Made by a program: the position numbers and the translations under genes. DNA of 64,000 nt from an uncultured Candidatus Binatia bacterium (GTDB lineage: Bacteria > Desulfobacterota > Binatia > Bin18): positions 832,001-896,000 of the forward strand of contig OZ243961.1 in NCBI GenBank assembly GCA_965214605.1, given 5' to 3'. Of the stretch, positions 33,368-44,347 are shown one piece after another (the stretch's first letter is position 1; each line of letters opens with the position of its first letter). Below the pieces are notes generated by a model that was given only the letters and a program-made list of their open reading frames with translations, ran no database searches and was not told the DNA's origin.

Positions 33368-34435
33368 ATGGATTTTGGGATTTGTACCGCCTCGAAAATC
33401 GACGAGATCGGCTATATTACCCACGCCGAGAACCTTGGCTATTCGCACGCCTGGATCGCTGACAGCCAGATGATCTGGTCGGACTGCTATGCGGTCTTGG
33501 CCCTGGCCGCCCAGCAGACCCGCCGGATGAAAATCGGGACCGGGGTGTCGGTTGCCGGCATCCGGCTGGCTCCGGTCACGGCAAACAGTATCGCCACCAT
33601 CAACCAACTCGCCCCGGGCCGAACCTTCCTGGGTATTGGCACCGGCAATACGGCCACCCGGCTGATGGGTCACAAGCCGATGAGGCTTAAAGAGTTCGCC
33701 GATTACCTACGGGTCCTGCGCGCCCTGTTACGTGGCCAAGAAGTTGATTTCACCTGGCAGGGCCAGACCCATCCGGTCCGGTTCCTGATGCAGGACCATC
33801 AATTCATCAACGTCGAGGAACCGATTCCGCTGTACGTGTCCGGTTTCGGTCCCAAAGCCCAGGCCCTGGCCGGCGAATACGGTGAGGGGCTAGTCATGTC
33901 GGTTCCGCCCAACCCCGGCTTTATGCATCGCGCCCTCCGCAATGCCGAGGCTGGGGCCCGGCGCGCCGGACGACGCTTGGCGGACGACTTTTATACGGCC
34001 TCGCTGACGACGGCGGTGATTTTGCAGCCGGGTGAATCTCTCAGCTCTGAACGCGTGCTGCGTGAGTGCGGCGCATTTGTGATCGCCTCCATCCACTATA
34101 TCTACGACAAGATTCGCCAGTTCGGCGGTGACCCGCCGGGCCATCTGCGCCAGCTGTGGGAGGAGTACAGCGCCCAGGTCGAAGCCACCCCCGAGACGCA
34201 CCGGCATATGCGTATTCATGCCGGGCACTGCACCTATCTGCTGCCCGAAGAGGCCAAGTTTGTGACCCCCGAGCTTATCAAATCGACGTGTCTAGTCGGC
34301 AGTCCGGAAGCCATCATTGAACAGGTCCGCCAGCTTGAGCAGGCCGGCCTCAAGCAACTCATGCTGCTGCCGTCGTTTGAAACTCAGTACCAGGTGATTG
34401 AGGATTTTGCCCGTCAGGTGATGCACAAGCTATAA
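33368..34435 (+). CDS. LLM-class (luciferase-like) flavin-dependent oxidoreductase
   Basis: AENLGYSHAWIADSQMIWSD, APGRTFLGIGTG, GPKAQALAGE. Confidence 0.9.
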   Translation: MDFGICTASKIDEIGYITHAENLGYSHAWIADSQMIWSDCYAVLALAAQQTRRMKIGTGVSVAGIRLAPVTANSIATINQLAPGRTFLGIGTGNTATRLMGHKPMRLKEFADYLRVLRALLRGQEVDFTWQGQTHPVRFLMQDHQFINVEEPIPLYVSGFGPKAQALAGEYGEGLVMSVPPNPGFMHRALRNAEAGARRAGRRLADDFYTASLTTAVILQPGESLSSERVLRECGAFVIASIHYIYDKIRQFGGDPPGHLRQLWEEYSAQVEATPETHRHMRIHAGHCTYLLPEEAKFVTPELIKSTCLVGSPEAIIEQVRQLEQAGLKQLMLLPSFETQYQVIEDFARQVMHKL

Positions 34436-34447
34436 TGGTCGCGGCAC

Positions 34448-35386
34448 TTAGAAGGCCTGGTGCAGGAGGGGTTCACCCCGCGCGTAGCGTCCCAAATTCT
34501 CCAGCCAGATGTTTGCCACGCGGGGCAGATACAGGGGGGAGGACCAGGCGTTATGCGGGGTCAAAAACAGGTTCGGCGTGTCCCACAGGGGATCGTCTTT
34601 TGGCCACGGCTCGCTGGGCAGTACGTCCAAACAGGCCTGGCCAAGCCGGCCCGAGCCCAAGGCCTCCCGCACCGCGTCAATATCCACAATGGCGCCGCGG
34701 GCAATGTTGACCAAGGTGCTGCCCGATTTCATGAGGGCCAGCTGTGTTTTACCGATCAGCCCCTGAGTATGCGGCGTAAGCGGCAGTGCCACCACCACAA
34801 AATCCGCCTCCGGTAAAAACGCTTCCAAATCGGCCAGGGTTCCCTGCCGGTCGACCTGCTCGACCCCGGCCGCAGATCGTCTCAGCCCCAACACCTGCAT
34901 GCCAAAGCCCTTGGCATAGCGCGCAATTCGGCTGCCGATCGCGCCAAGGCCAATGACCAAGAGGGTCTTGTCGCTGAGGCTTTGCAGGTCGAGCAGCCGC
35001 CATTCGTGAGCCCGCTGCTGGGCCTGTAAGTCGCCGAGCCGCTTGGCGGTCCACAGGATGAAACCCAGCGCAAATTCGGCCACCTCAGGCGCGTTGGCAG
35101 CCGGGCTGTGGGTGAGCATCACGCCCTTGGCCCGCATGGCGTCGTAGAACGGCCCATCAACGCCAGCGTCTTCGGTGTGCGCCCAGCGCAGTCCGGGCAA
35201 GGCCGACACCGTCTCGACAAAGGCTCGGCTATAGGCATCCCCGGCCAGGACAATCAGCTCACACTCATCGGGTGGGGCCGACCACACTCCGTCCGGCTCA
35301 AGCAAGGCCCAGCCAATATCCGACACAATGCGTTGGGCCGCAGTCCCATAGCGTTCATAAAAGCCACGTCCGGTTGCTACTTTCAT
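34448..35386 (-). CDS. D-2-hydroxyacid dehydrogenase family protein
   Basis: GLGAIG, LPLTPHT, NIARG, LDV...EP, LTPHNA. Confidence 0.9.
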   Translation of the reverse strand: MKVATGRGFYERYGTAAQRIVSDIGWALLEPDGVWSAPPDECELIVLAGDAYSRAFVETVSALPGLRWAHTEDAGVDGPFYDAMRAKGVMLTHSPAANAPEVAEFALGFILWTAKRLGDLQAQQRAHEWRLLDLQSLSDKTLLVIGLGAIGSRIARYAKGFGMQVLGLRRSAAGVEQVDRQGTLADLEAFLPEADFVVVALPLTPHTQGLIGKTQLALMKSGSTLVNIARGAIVDIDAVREALGSGRLGQACLDVLPSEPWPKDDPLWDTPNLFLTPHNAWSSPLYLPRVANIWLENLGRYARGEPLLHQAF

Positions 35387-36874
35387 ACGCCTCTCCTCCC
35401 GTGCTGATTCCGACCCGCTCTCAGACGTCCGCGCGGAGCACTGCGGGCGGCATTGCCGCATTCGCCGCTACTGTCCCATTGAAATCAACGCCAAGCCAAA
35501 GCGGTAAGGATTCAGCCACAGGGTTTCACCATACCTGGAGCACGCCGCCCAGCAAAGGAGATGTTGTTTCAAGCCGTCTCCGGCAGGGGCCGGTAAGCTC
35601 GAAACTTATTCCCATTGTGTTATATCCGAGTCTAGGATGCCAGGTCCGGCGGGCTATGCACTCATGAAGACGGCTCCCGGTCATGCTCATAACAGCGTTC
35701 GGCTGCGCCCGGAGCGTGTCCCAGGACTCGTTCTTCTGCGGCTTTCGGCGTTTGGGCCGCCTCGCTCAGCTGGCCCCTAGCGTTGCTGAACAGAGCCGTA
35801 ATACGGCAGTACGCTTATGGGCCCCGGTCGGAGCGTGTATCATGGGCGAACACTTATGACCGGCGGCTTACTCGCCGTCGGTCTTCTCCCAGAGGTGTCG
35901 TCGCAGATCGCTAGTCCGGCCCTATTTTATCCGCGCCCTCCGGCTGGGGCGCGGGGTCCCATACTGTCCAATCCCGTCTTCATCGTGCTCACTCCAACCT
36001 TCCATAAGAGTCGGCCGTTTGGGGGAGCGTCCGTATTTGACGTTTTCTCGGCAGTGTCGGATGCTTTCGGCTGATATTCCCAACAAATGGCGTTGGGTAA
36101 GGAGCTTGGCTACGGCGCGCTCCGGGTTTTCCTCCTTACGGCAATCGGCACTGTAGCAGCTTTCTCCTAGAAAACTCTTGTCGCTCATTCCGGCCTGAGC
36201 GACAAGAACAGGCCTCGGCAACGTGTCGCAAACAGTAGGGGTGTAGAGGCGGCAGCTATTGCCCGGGCAGAGATGATTCCGAGTCAGCCTGTAGATTCCG
36301 TTGTAGGGTTTGGTCATTCCGGCCTGGGCCGGCGACATAACTATAGACTCCATTACGAGTTCGATGTCCCCTCAGAAGAACGAGTCACGGGGGAGCCCTC
36401 CTCACAGGCGGCTTCGGCAAGCGGCTTCTCTTCCGTCCGGATTTCGCAGCGGTCAATCGGCTTCTTCCGATCCTCCCCACCTTATCTCTACAGCCGTCCC
36501 ATTGGGGAGGCATACCCCGGGGTCGCCGGGAGATAAGCTCGGTTCCGCAGAGACGCGTGTCGGCCCAAGCCCATCCCCTGAGACGGCTCTATCCAAGGCG
36601 ACAACCACGCCGTTTTCCTCGGCCCATCCACGCCTTTGCCGGTTGCCGGTCGGGTCCATCCGCTGCTTCCCCCCGCAATCCCGGTGTCTTTCGGGTGAAA
36701 TGGACCCCGCGCGCCAAACGCCCTCTCCAGCGATCGGGCCGTCACACGTTATCCTACCTAGCAGCGTCCCGCGAGTCACCAAGACGCCTGTTGTCTCGCT
36801 AGATGAAGATGCAGTTTAGGCCGCGTCATCCCCAAGCGGCCCCGTTGGCGCGCTGCGGCCCGACAGTCGCCGCT

Positions 36875-37744
36875 TCACGGGCGGGCGGAAGAGGGCTGTT
36901 TTTTCCGCCCCTGCTTTTCCACAAACCTATCAATCAGCCGCCGGGCAATGCTGATCCGCCCTGGGATGGACGGCAGGGTATCCACGGTAAACCAGCCCGC
37001 CTCGGCAATCTCGACCGGGTCGGGCGTGATCTCGCCGGCGAGGTACTCGGCGCTAAATCCCAGCATCAAGGAGTTTGGAAACGGCCACGGCTGGCTGGCC
37101 ACATAGCGCACCTTGCCGACGGTGATCCCGACTTCTTCGCGGACTTCCCGCACGACGCACTCCTCAATGGTCTCACCCGGCTCAACAAACCCGGCTAGGA
37201 CGCTGTACAGGCCGGTGGGAAAACGCGATGAGCGGGCCAGCAGCAGTTCGCTCCCCTTCTCGACCGCCATAATAACCGCCGGCGACAAACGCGGGAAATT
37301 CGTCAACTTGCACTCGGGGCAGGCTTTCGCCCGCTCATTGCCCTTGGTGTAGGTTTTGCCGCCACACTGACCGCAGTATTGGTGGGTGCGGTCCCACTCC
37401 ACAATCTGAACCGCCCGTCCGGCCAAGACAAACAGGTCTTCGTCCAGCGAACTGTACACCTGGCGCAAATCCCTGAAGTCCATGCCGCTGGGAGCGATCT
37501 CTTCCACCACGTCCACCCCGTAACACGGCCGCTCCTCATAGCGACCAAGATAGTGCTGCTGTTTAGCGGTCACTCCGAGTTCTTCCAGACGCTCGGCATA
37601 CGGGACGGCGAGGCCGCGGTCTGTCACGTGGACGAGCAGGCGGTTGCGGTGGAAGGCAAACCACCACGCCGCCCCTGATATCCCCGGTGGAGGAGTGACC
37701 TCGGAAATAAACGATTTTTGCATGCCAAACATGTGGTCTGCCAT
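36875..37744 (-). CDS. nudC: NADH pyrophosphatase
   Basis: CGQCG...CPEC zinc finger, Nudix box GFVEPGETIEECVVREVREEVG, SQPWPFPNS. Confidence 0.95.
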   Translation of the reverse strand: MADHMFGMQKSFISEVTPPPGISGAAWWFAFHRNRLLVHVTDRGLAVPYAERLEELGVTAKQQHYLGRYEERPCYGVDVVEEIAPSGMDFRDLRQVYSSLDEDLFVLAGRAVQIVEWDRTHQYCGQCGGKTYTKGNERAKACPECKLTNFPRLSPAVIMAVEKGSELLLARSSRFPTGLYSVLAGFVEPGETIEECVVREVREEVGITVGKVRYVASQPWPFPNSLMLGFSAEYLAGEITPDPVEIAEAGWFTVDTLPSIPGRISIARRLIDRFVEKQGRKKQPSSARP

Positions 37745-37894
37745 AACTGGGGTCCTCTCATCTCGTTGGTCGTTTGAGCATAGCAAACACGGCGGGCGAT
37801 GTCCCGGTCCGTCCAAGCGTTGAGTTCTGCCGGGCGTCTCGTTATGTAGAGAGCGCTCAGGATTCCAAGATTCTGTTGTATCAGGGAGGACGTC

Positions 37895-39076
37895 ATGCAC
37901 TCACTCAAAGATCAGGCGTGTATTACGGGTGTCGGAGAGACCGCCTATACCCGTGGCACCGATAAAAAAGAGTTCCCCCTCATGTTGGAGGCCTCAATGA
38001 ACGCCATTGCCGACGCCGGCCTCAGTCCCCATGACATCGACGGCATCATTCCGCCCCCGACCCCGTTTGCCACGGCCGAGCATTTTGCGGCCAATCTCGG
38101 CATTGAAGATATGCGCTACGCCGCCACAGTGCATATGGGCGGTGCCAGCTCGGTTACGGCCCTCCAAAATGCGGCCTTAGCCGTGGCCTGCGGTGTGGCC
38201 AAACACGTGCTGATTCCATTTGGCTGGAAAGGTTATTCGGGGGCTCGGGTCCGGAGCCTAGGCAGCGACAAGGGCAGCAGTATGAGCGGTGCCCTCGGCG
38301 CGCTGATGACCACCATCACCGAATACTATCTGCCCTTTGGTGCCTCGGTTCCGGTCCAATGGTACGCCTGGATGGCCACCCGTCACAAGGCGCTGTACAA
38401 CGTTCCGGACGAGACGACCGGGGCTATTGCCATTGCTTCACGCAAGCACGCCCAGCTCAACGACAAAGCCTATATGTGTGGCCGTCCACTGACGATGGAG
38501 GATTATTTGAACTCGCGTTGGGTGGCCAAACCGTTTCGTCTGTTTGACTGTTGCCTCGAGACGGACGGCGCCTGCGCGGTGGTGATCTCGGCCGCCGAAC
38601 AAGCCGCCGATTGTCAACACACTCCGGTCTATATTTCAGGTCTGGCCGAAGGTCACCCCTACCCGGCCGACGATATTCCGGCCCGGCCTGACCCGTTCAA
38701 GATTGGACTCAGCTTTGCCACCCCTAAGGCTCTGCAGATGGCCGAAATCGACCGCGGCGATCTTGACTTCATCGAGGTCTACGACTGCTTTACCTATGTC
38801 GTGCTGCTCCAACTTGAAGCCCTAGGTTTGTGTCAGCGGGGCGAAGGCGCCGACTTTGTGAAAGACGGCCGTCTGGAACTTGGCGGTGAGCTGCCGATGA
38901 ACACCCATGGCGGACTGCACTCAGAAGCGCACGTGGCCGGCCTCAATCACGTGGTCGAGGCCACCCGTCAGCTACGCCACGAGTGCGGCCAGCGGCAGGT
39001 GCCAAACGCCCAAGTCGGGCTGGTGACCGGCTGGGGTGACTTTGGAGACGGCAGTTTGGCCGTTCTGCGGCGCTGA
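37895..39076 (+). CDS. Thiolase-superfamily (SCP-x/Ltp2-like) protein
   Basis: ITGVGET, DCCLETDGACA, EVYDCFT, NTHGGLHSEAH. Confidence 0.88.
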   Translation: MHSLKDQACITGVGETAYTRGTDKKEFPLMLEASMNAIADAGLSPHDIDGIIPPPTPFATAEHFAANLGIEDMRYAATVHMGGASSVTALQNAALAVACGVAKHVLIPFGWKGYSGARVRSLGSDKGSSMSGALGALMTTITEYYLPFGASVPVQWYAWMATRHKALYNVPDETTGAIAIASRKHAQLNDKAYMCGRPLTMEDYLNSRWVAKPFRLFDCCLETDGACAVVISAAEQAADCQHTPVYISGLAEGHPYPADDIPARPDPFKIGLSFATPKALQMAEIDRGDLDFIEVYDCFTYVVLLQLEALGLCQRGEGADFVKDGRLELGGELPMNTHGGLHSEAHVAGLNHVVEATRQLRHECGQRQVPNAQVGLVTGWGDFGDGSLAVLRR

Positions 39077-39142
39077 CAGTCCTGAAAGACCGGTTCCGTT
39101 CGGTCTGACCCTGGAACGACAACGCCCGAAGGAGAAGCCCGC

Positions 39143-40099
39143 GTGCCTATTCCACCCCAATTCGATGACCGTGTATGTCTGCCCCTGATTGCCGCCCCGA
39201 TGTTCTTGGTTTCCGGCCCGGAGCTGGTCATTGAAACCTGCCAGGCCGGCGTTATTGGCGCCTTCCCAACCGCCAACTGTCGCAGCGTCGAGCAGCTAGA
39301 CGACTGGTTTACCCAGATTACCCGGCGGCTCAGCGATTTCCGTTCCGCCCACCCAGACCAGCCTGTTGCGCCGCCGTGCGCCAACCTGATTGTGCATCGC
39401 TCAAACCCGCGTCTCGGGGACGACCTGGAGCTGGTCAGAAAGCACCGGATTGAGCTTATTATTGCCAGTGTCGGTAGCCCGCACAATATCATCGAACCCA
39501 TTCATGACTATGGCGGTGTGGTCTATGCAGACGTGGCCAGCATGCGCCACGTCGAAAAAGCGTTGGCCGCTGGCTCGGACGGCCTGGTTCTACTCACAGC
39601 TGGTGCTGGAGGCCAGACCGGTTGGGCCAACCCCCTCGCCTTTGTCCGACAGGTCCGGGAAGTCTTTGACGGCCCGGTGGTCCTGGCCGGCGGAGTGGCC
39701 GACGGCACGGCGCTCTATGCAGCCGAAGTGCTGGGCTGCAACCTGGCCTACATGGGAACGCGCTTTATCGCCACCCAGGAAAGTATGGCTCCTGAAGCCT
39801 ACAAACAGCTGATTGTCGGTACGACCATGGACGGCATCACACTGACCAAAGCCTTTAGCGGCTTGGAAACCAACATGATTCGACAGTCAATCGAAGCCGC
39901 CGGACTCGACCCGGACAACTTACCCGAGCGAGGGATGATCGATGTGTCAAAAGACCTCGATCCCGGTAACCAGGATAAGAAGCGCTACCGCGATATCTGG
40001 AGCGCCGGACACACTGCCGGTTCTATTCACGATGTGCCGGGTGTTCGGAATTTGGTCGCGCGGCTCCGCAAGGAATATGAAGCGGCAAGAGCCGGCTAG
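39143..40099 (+). CDS. Nitronate monooxygenase family flavoprotein
   Basis: APMFLVSGP, ANLIVHRSN, GAGGQTG, LAGGVADG, YMGTRFIAT, DIWSAGH. Confidence 0.88.
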   Translation: MPIPPQFDDRVCLPLIAAPMFLVSGPELVIETCQAGVIGAFPTANCRSVEQLDDWFTQITRRLSDFRSAHPDQPVAPPCANLIVHRSNPRLGDDLELVRKHRIELIIASVGSPHNIIEPIHDYGGVVYADVASMRHVEKALAAGSDGLVLLTAGAGGQTGWANPLAFVRQVREVFDGPVVLAGGVADGTALYAAEVLGCNLAYMGTRFIATQESMAPEAYKQLIVGTTMDGITLTKAFSGLETNMIRQSIEAAGLDPDNLPERGMIDVSKDLDPGNQDKKRYRDIWSAGHTAGSIHDVPGVRNLVARLRKEYEAARAG

Positions 40100-40327
40100 G
40101 CCTTCACAAAAATATGGAGAGCGGCCGAGAGGGTGTAGATGACGACAAGAACAGCATTCCTGTCTCGCCCGCCAATACTGACAGCGTGCTCCTGCCTCTG
40201 GTCTTGCCGATCACTTAGCCGATATCACTGCCCAAACCGCGGGTATCACGATCAAAGCCCACCGTCATGATTGTCCCGGCATACGCATTGGCTTGCGAGA
40301 GGAGCCACCAGCAGGCACCATAGGGGC

Positions 40328-41188
40328 ATGGCCTTCCAAACGAACCCGACTCCGACGATAGACTCGCAGGTACACGCCTATGAGCGGGATCGTCCAGAGC
40401 GGCCGTGGATTGGGACACTACCCGGCCCATCCGAGGTCACGGGCGACGATATGGTTGCAGCGATGGATGCTGTTGGCGTTGACGGGGCCCTTTTGGTCTC
40501 GCCGTGGAGCATGTATCGCTTCGACGCGAGTTACGCGCTTGAAGTGGGTGCGAGTCATCCGGGCCGCTTCGGTCTCATCAAACCCTTCGATCCGCGGGCA
40601 GAATCCGTCCCAGACGAGATGGCGCAATGGGCTGCAACGCCGGGGGTGGTTGGGGCGCGAATCATGATGATGGATGAGAGGCCGGCCGACGATCCGGGTC
40701 TGAATCGGATACTGACTGCCGGTGCGCGACATGGTCTCCCTGTGAACGTTCTGTGTTGGGGGAAACTGCCGCTATTGGGTGAGTTGGCCCGCAGGAACCC
40801 GGAAACTCAGATCGTAGTGGATCACGTGGGCCTGCGGCAACCCTTCCACCCCCCTGTTCCACCACAGCCCTTTTCCGATCTCGCCAACGTCATCGCCCTT
40901 GCCGAGAACGACAACGTGGCCATCAAGCTCTCCGGGGCGTGTACCCTGTCGCGTCAGCCCTTCCCCTACAGCGATATTTGGGAGCCTCTAGGACGGATCT
41001 TCGAAGCCTTCGGCTTCGATCGGTGCCTGTGGGGTACGGACTGGACCCGGGCCGTCGGGTTGCTGACCTATGAGCAGGGGGTTGAGGCGTTCCGGATCAC
41101 CGACCAGTTGTCTGACTCCGAGCGAGCCGCGCTCATGGGCGGCAGCCTTGCCCGTATCTATAACTGGTCGCCCACGGTTGCGCGCTGA
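40328..41188 (+). CDS. Amidohydrolase_2 family protein
   Basis: IDSQVHAY, VVDHVGL, IKLSG, LWGTDWTR. Confidence 0.88.
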   Translation: MAFQTNPTPTIDSQVHAYERDRPERPWIGTLPGPSEVTGDDMVAAMDAVGVDGALLVSPWSMYRFDASYALEVGASHPGRFGLIKPFDPRAESVPDEMAQWAATPGVVGARIMMMDERPADDPGLNRILTAGARHGLPVNVLCWGKLPLLGELARRNPETQIVVDHVGLRQPFHPPVPPQPFSDLANVIALAENDNVAIKLSGACTLSRQPFPYSDIWEPLGRIFEAFGFDRCLWGTDWTRAVGLLTYEQGVEAFRITDQLSDSERAALMGGSLARIYNWSPTVAR

Positions 41189-41194
41189 TCAGCC

Positions 41195-42145
41195 TTATTC
41201 CACGGTGCTCCCTCCCCCCACCCGCAGCAGTGGCCTCCCCCGGCCGGCCTCAGCTCCGAGGTCAGCGGTTGCGAGGCGCATTGCACGGCCTTGTATCATC
41301 ACCGCATCATTTCCCCTCTCATCAATGGCTGGATACAAAAGAAGGCCGGCGGCATTGTCTGCCGGGCGGGCTCCCCTCCCGGGATTTGGGGTAGGCAGAC
41401 ATCTCTGATACAGGTGACTGCCGTGCCAAGTCTTTTCGCTGCTCAATCCCGGCATAAGGATAGAGGCAAATTTTGTGTCGAGAACAAGACGATCCCCCAC
41501 CCTGGAGCGGTCCCAAATGATATCGGTCTGCATGGACGGGAGGATTCTGCCAATCCCAGAGATCTCGCGCTGTAGGTGTCAATCAATTCTCTTTCCCGCA
41601 GACACACGCCATCCGGAATCGGACGGCACGGCATCATAAAACCCTGCACCCGCTCTCTCCTACGCATGCCTTGCCCGAATGATTTCTCCGTCCCGCTAAG
41701 GAAGCCCCGGGTCTGCCTCTTCGGTGGGCAACGCTGAATCGAAAGCAGGCTGCGGCCGCCCTTTGCCGGTCGTCAATATCATGACGGCCAAACCGGTTGG
41801 CGGACGCGTCGGTTCGCTTGAGGTTCTTTCCACAATGCCGCCCATTCGCCTCAAGCGTGCAGTAAGAGTAGGACAGCGGTCCGCAAGATCGAGAGTCGAA
41901 TGACTTTAGCAGTTTCTTCCAATGCCCCTCAAACGTAGTGGTTGCGTGATGTGTCAACGAGAAATTCCTCTCCATATACAGCAAGTTTATACGTCCCCGA
42001 ACTCGGCCAAGGACAGCTTCTCTTGGCTGGTATCCGAAACTCAGATTTCGTCTCAGACGACGTCCAGTCCAGGCGCGTCGGGATTTCGGCCATCAGATCA
42101 GGAATATCATCGGGATTTTCCCGCGCTCGCCGTACCGAAAGAGCT
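41195..42145 (-). pseudogene. mcrC: McrC-family (5mC restriction specificity subunit) remnant
   Basis: Fragments in several frames: NPDDIPDLMAEI, RRLRRNLSFGYQPREAVLGRVRGRINLL, RFGRHDIDD, AFDSALPTEEA, MQTDII...VLDTKFASIL, GLLLYP, IQG...ATADL. Confidence 0.8.
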
Positions 42146-42440
42146 GATCGGTGAACATCTTTTCCAGACTGTAGATTTTGACGGACACTCCGCCGATTTG
42201 ATACTCCTCAATGCCTGTCACAATATGCCGGGTCAGAGAATCCGTGAACGCTGAAGGGTGGATAATCCGGAGCCGGCCGGCGTGATTCTCTTGGCACGGC
42301 TACGGAAACTCTATGTGGCACCTGTGTGATGATTTCGTGATATGCCAGGCTGATGCAAGGCAGATAACCGCATTCGGGAAACGCAGTCCGACCATTATCA
42401 GGTCCAGATTGCTGATGGGGCGTTCCATTCGCTTCGGATG
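42146..42440 (-). pseudogene. Type IV TA AbiEi-family antitoxin remnant
   Basis: NLDLIMVGLRFPNAVICLASA / HEIITQVPHRVSVAVPRESRRP / GIEEYQIGGVSVKIYSLEK; both ends missing. Confidence 0.75.
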
Positions 42441-42474
42441 ATCGGTTGAGGCGACTAGGGATATCAAACCAATT

Positions 42475-44255
42475 ATGAAGGGATACCAGACCAATTATGT
42501 CAACCTGATCGCAGACAACCTCCAGGATCGCTACGAGAGCGGTTTCCCTATTCTGAAGGAATTAATTCAGAACGCTGACGACGCAAAGGCTTGCACGTTA
42601 ATCTTCGGAAGCCATCCTGGGTTTCCCAACACGTCCCATCCATTGCTGCACGGCCCCGGTCTCTGGTTCTTCAACGATGACGAGTTCAAGAAAAGCGATG
42701 CGAATGCTCTTCGGTCTTTCGGCATCAACGGCAAAGCTGGCGACGCTGGTGTCATAGGCAAGTTTGGACTCGGGATGAAGAGCGTCTTCCATACTGTGTG
42801 AGGCTCTCTTCCACGTCGCTCGGAATGGGATGGACTTCTACCGTGAAGGACTCACTCCATGGAAACACGGCCGTCCCACTCCCCATCCAGAGTAGGACGA
42901 GACGAGTTCGGCTGATTGGGACACATTGATAGGCCTCGGCTCAGGACTAACCGAAACGACGGTCGATCACTGGTTTTTGTTATGGCTCCCGCTGCGAATG
43001 AAGCGACACTTGCAAACGCGTTCGGGCGAGGAGACGGGAGTCATTATCAGTCGATTTCCCGGTGACGATCCGTCCCAGTGAGCTTGCATTCCTTAGCGAT
43101 CCGAAACTGGCTCGGGACGTGGCCGAGATGTTGCCCTTGCTTCGACATCTGAAGCGCGTCGAACACAGAGGGGATGTCAATCGCTTCGTTCTGGAGCTGT
43201 CCGACGGACCCCGACTAACGGGGGACCCGCCTTGTGCACAAGACGACGGTCAGGTCGTACTGAACGGCGGACGCCCTCTGCTTGGTTTCTCCGGGCTCAG
43301 GCTTGAGAGCAGTGATTCGGACGAAAGATTCGCTTCTATGAAGGCACGCGGCGAGTGGCCTCGCACTTGGTATCGCGACGAGTTAGGGCGTGAATATTTA
43401 GCAATGGACAAGATTTCACCGGAGGCCGCCGTATTGTTTTATGTGGATCTCATTTCTGCTCCCAGCTCTCGCCTGCATTGGGCGGTGTTCTTGCCGATGG
43501 AAGATGGTGGCCAATCTCTCGAAGCTCCCCGCTGCACGGTTGGGCACGGTGTTGTCCTCCATGGCCAGTTCTTCTTAGATGCAGGACGAAAGAAGATTCA
43601 CGATTTGGAATCCCTCCATCTCGAGCCCGTAGAGGTCGCCGATGCAAGCGATGAGAGTCAGCTGCGCAGGATCTGGAATCAACGGCTGGCGCAGGACGTC
43701 TTGCTCCCGATGGTGCTGCCGGCCTTGGAACGTCATGCCGTTCAGCAGAAGATCTCAACAGAGGAGTGTGGCCTGCTGACCGCAACTATATCAAAGACCG
43801 ATTGGTTTCAAACTTTTCAGAATTATATCTGTCGGGACAGCGTCTGGCTACGAACGCTGGAGCCAGGAGCCGAACCGCTATGGCGCTTGGTAGGGGGAGA
43901 TACTCGGTTTCGCCTCCGCCCTGTTCCCACACCGCCTAAATCAGCTCCGGAGAGGCCGTGGGCAGTCTTCCCAGAAATGTCCAAGAGCAAAGGTGTTGCC
44001 TTACGACACGAATGCTCCGTGTCTGTGGGACCGGCCTCAGCAATGGCGGGAGCCTGAACTGGATCACCTTCTATCTCGGATCGATGGATTATTTGGCAGA
44101 GTTCTTGGAATCCTGTGCAGGGCCGTACCTCGCCACGGAGCGGATACAGCGTCGACTTCTTGTAGTCCTACGGACTGGTCTGCAAGCAGCCGGCAGACGC
44201 GCCCTGCGTCAGATGGCAGCGAAAGGAAGGCGAGTTGTCCACTTCCTTCAACTAG
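42475..44255 (+). pseudogene. Sacsin-like (Hsp90/GHKL ATPase) large protein remnant
   Basis: ILKELIQNADDA and IGKFGLGMKSVFH GHKL motifs; later AVFLP and LHGQFFLDAGRK..WNQRL. Broken by frameshifts and stops near 42800-43060 and 43990. Confidence 0.8.
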
Positions 44256-44347
44256 TATGTGGCGTCGTGTTGACTCTGGCTTTCAACCTGTATGTGTCCA
44301 ACCGGCGGTTCATTTCCGCTCCAAGACTCTGCCCTCTCGCCTCGCTG

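Noticed and set aside
41189-41300. Integrase or att site at the island's left edge
   Set aside because: No tRNA, direct repeat or recombinase seen; the boundary is inferred from gene content only.
42291-42310. Sigma54 promoter (TTGGCACG) upstream of the sacsin-like gene
   Set aside because: No TTGC -12 element, and it lies inside the AbiEi remnant.
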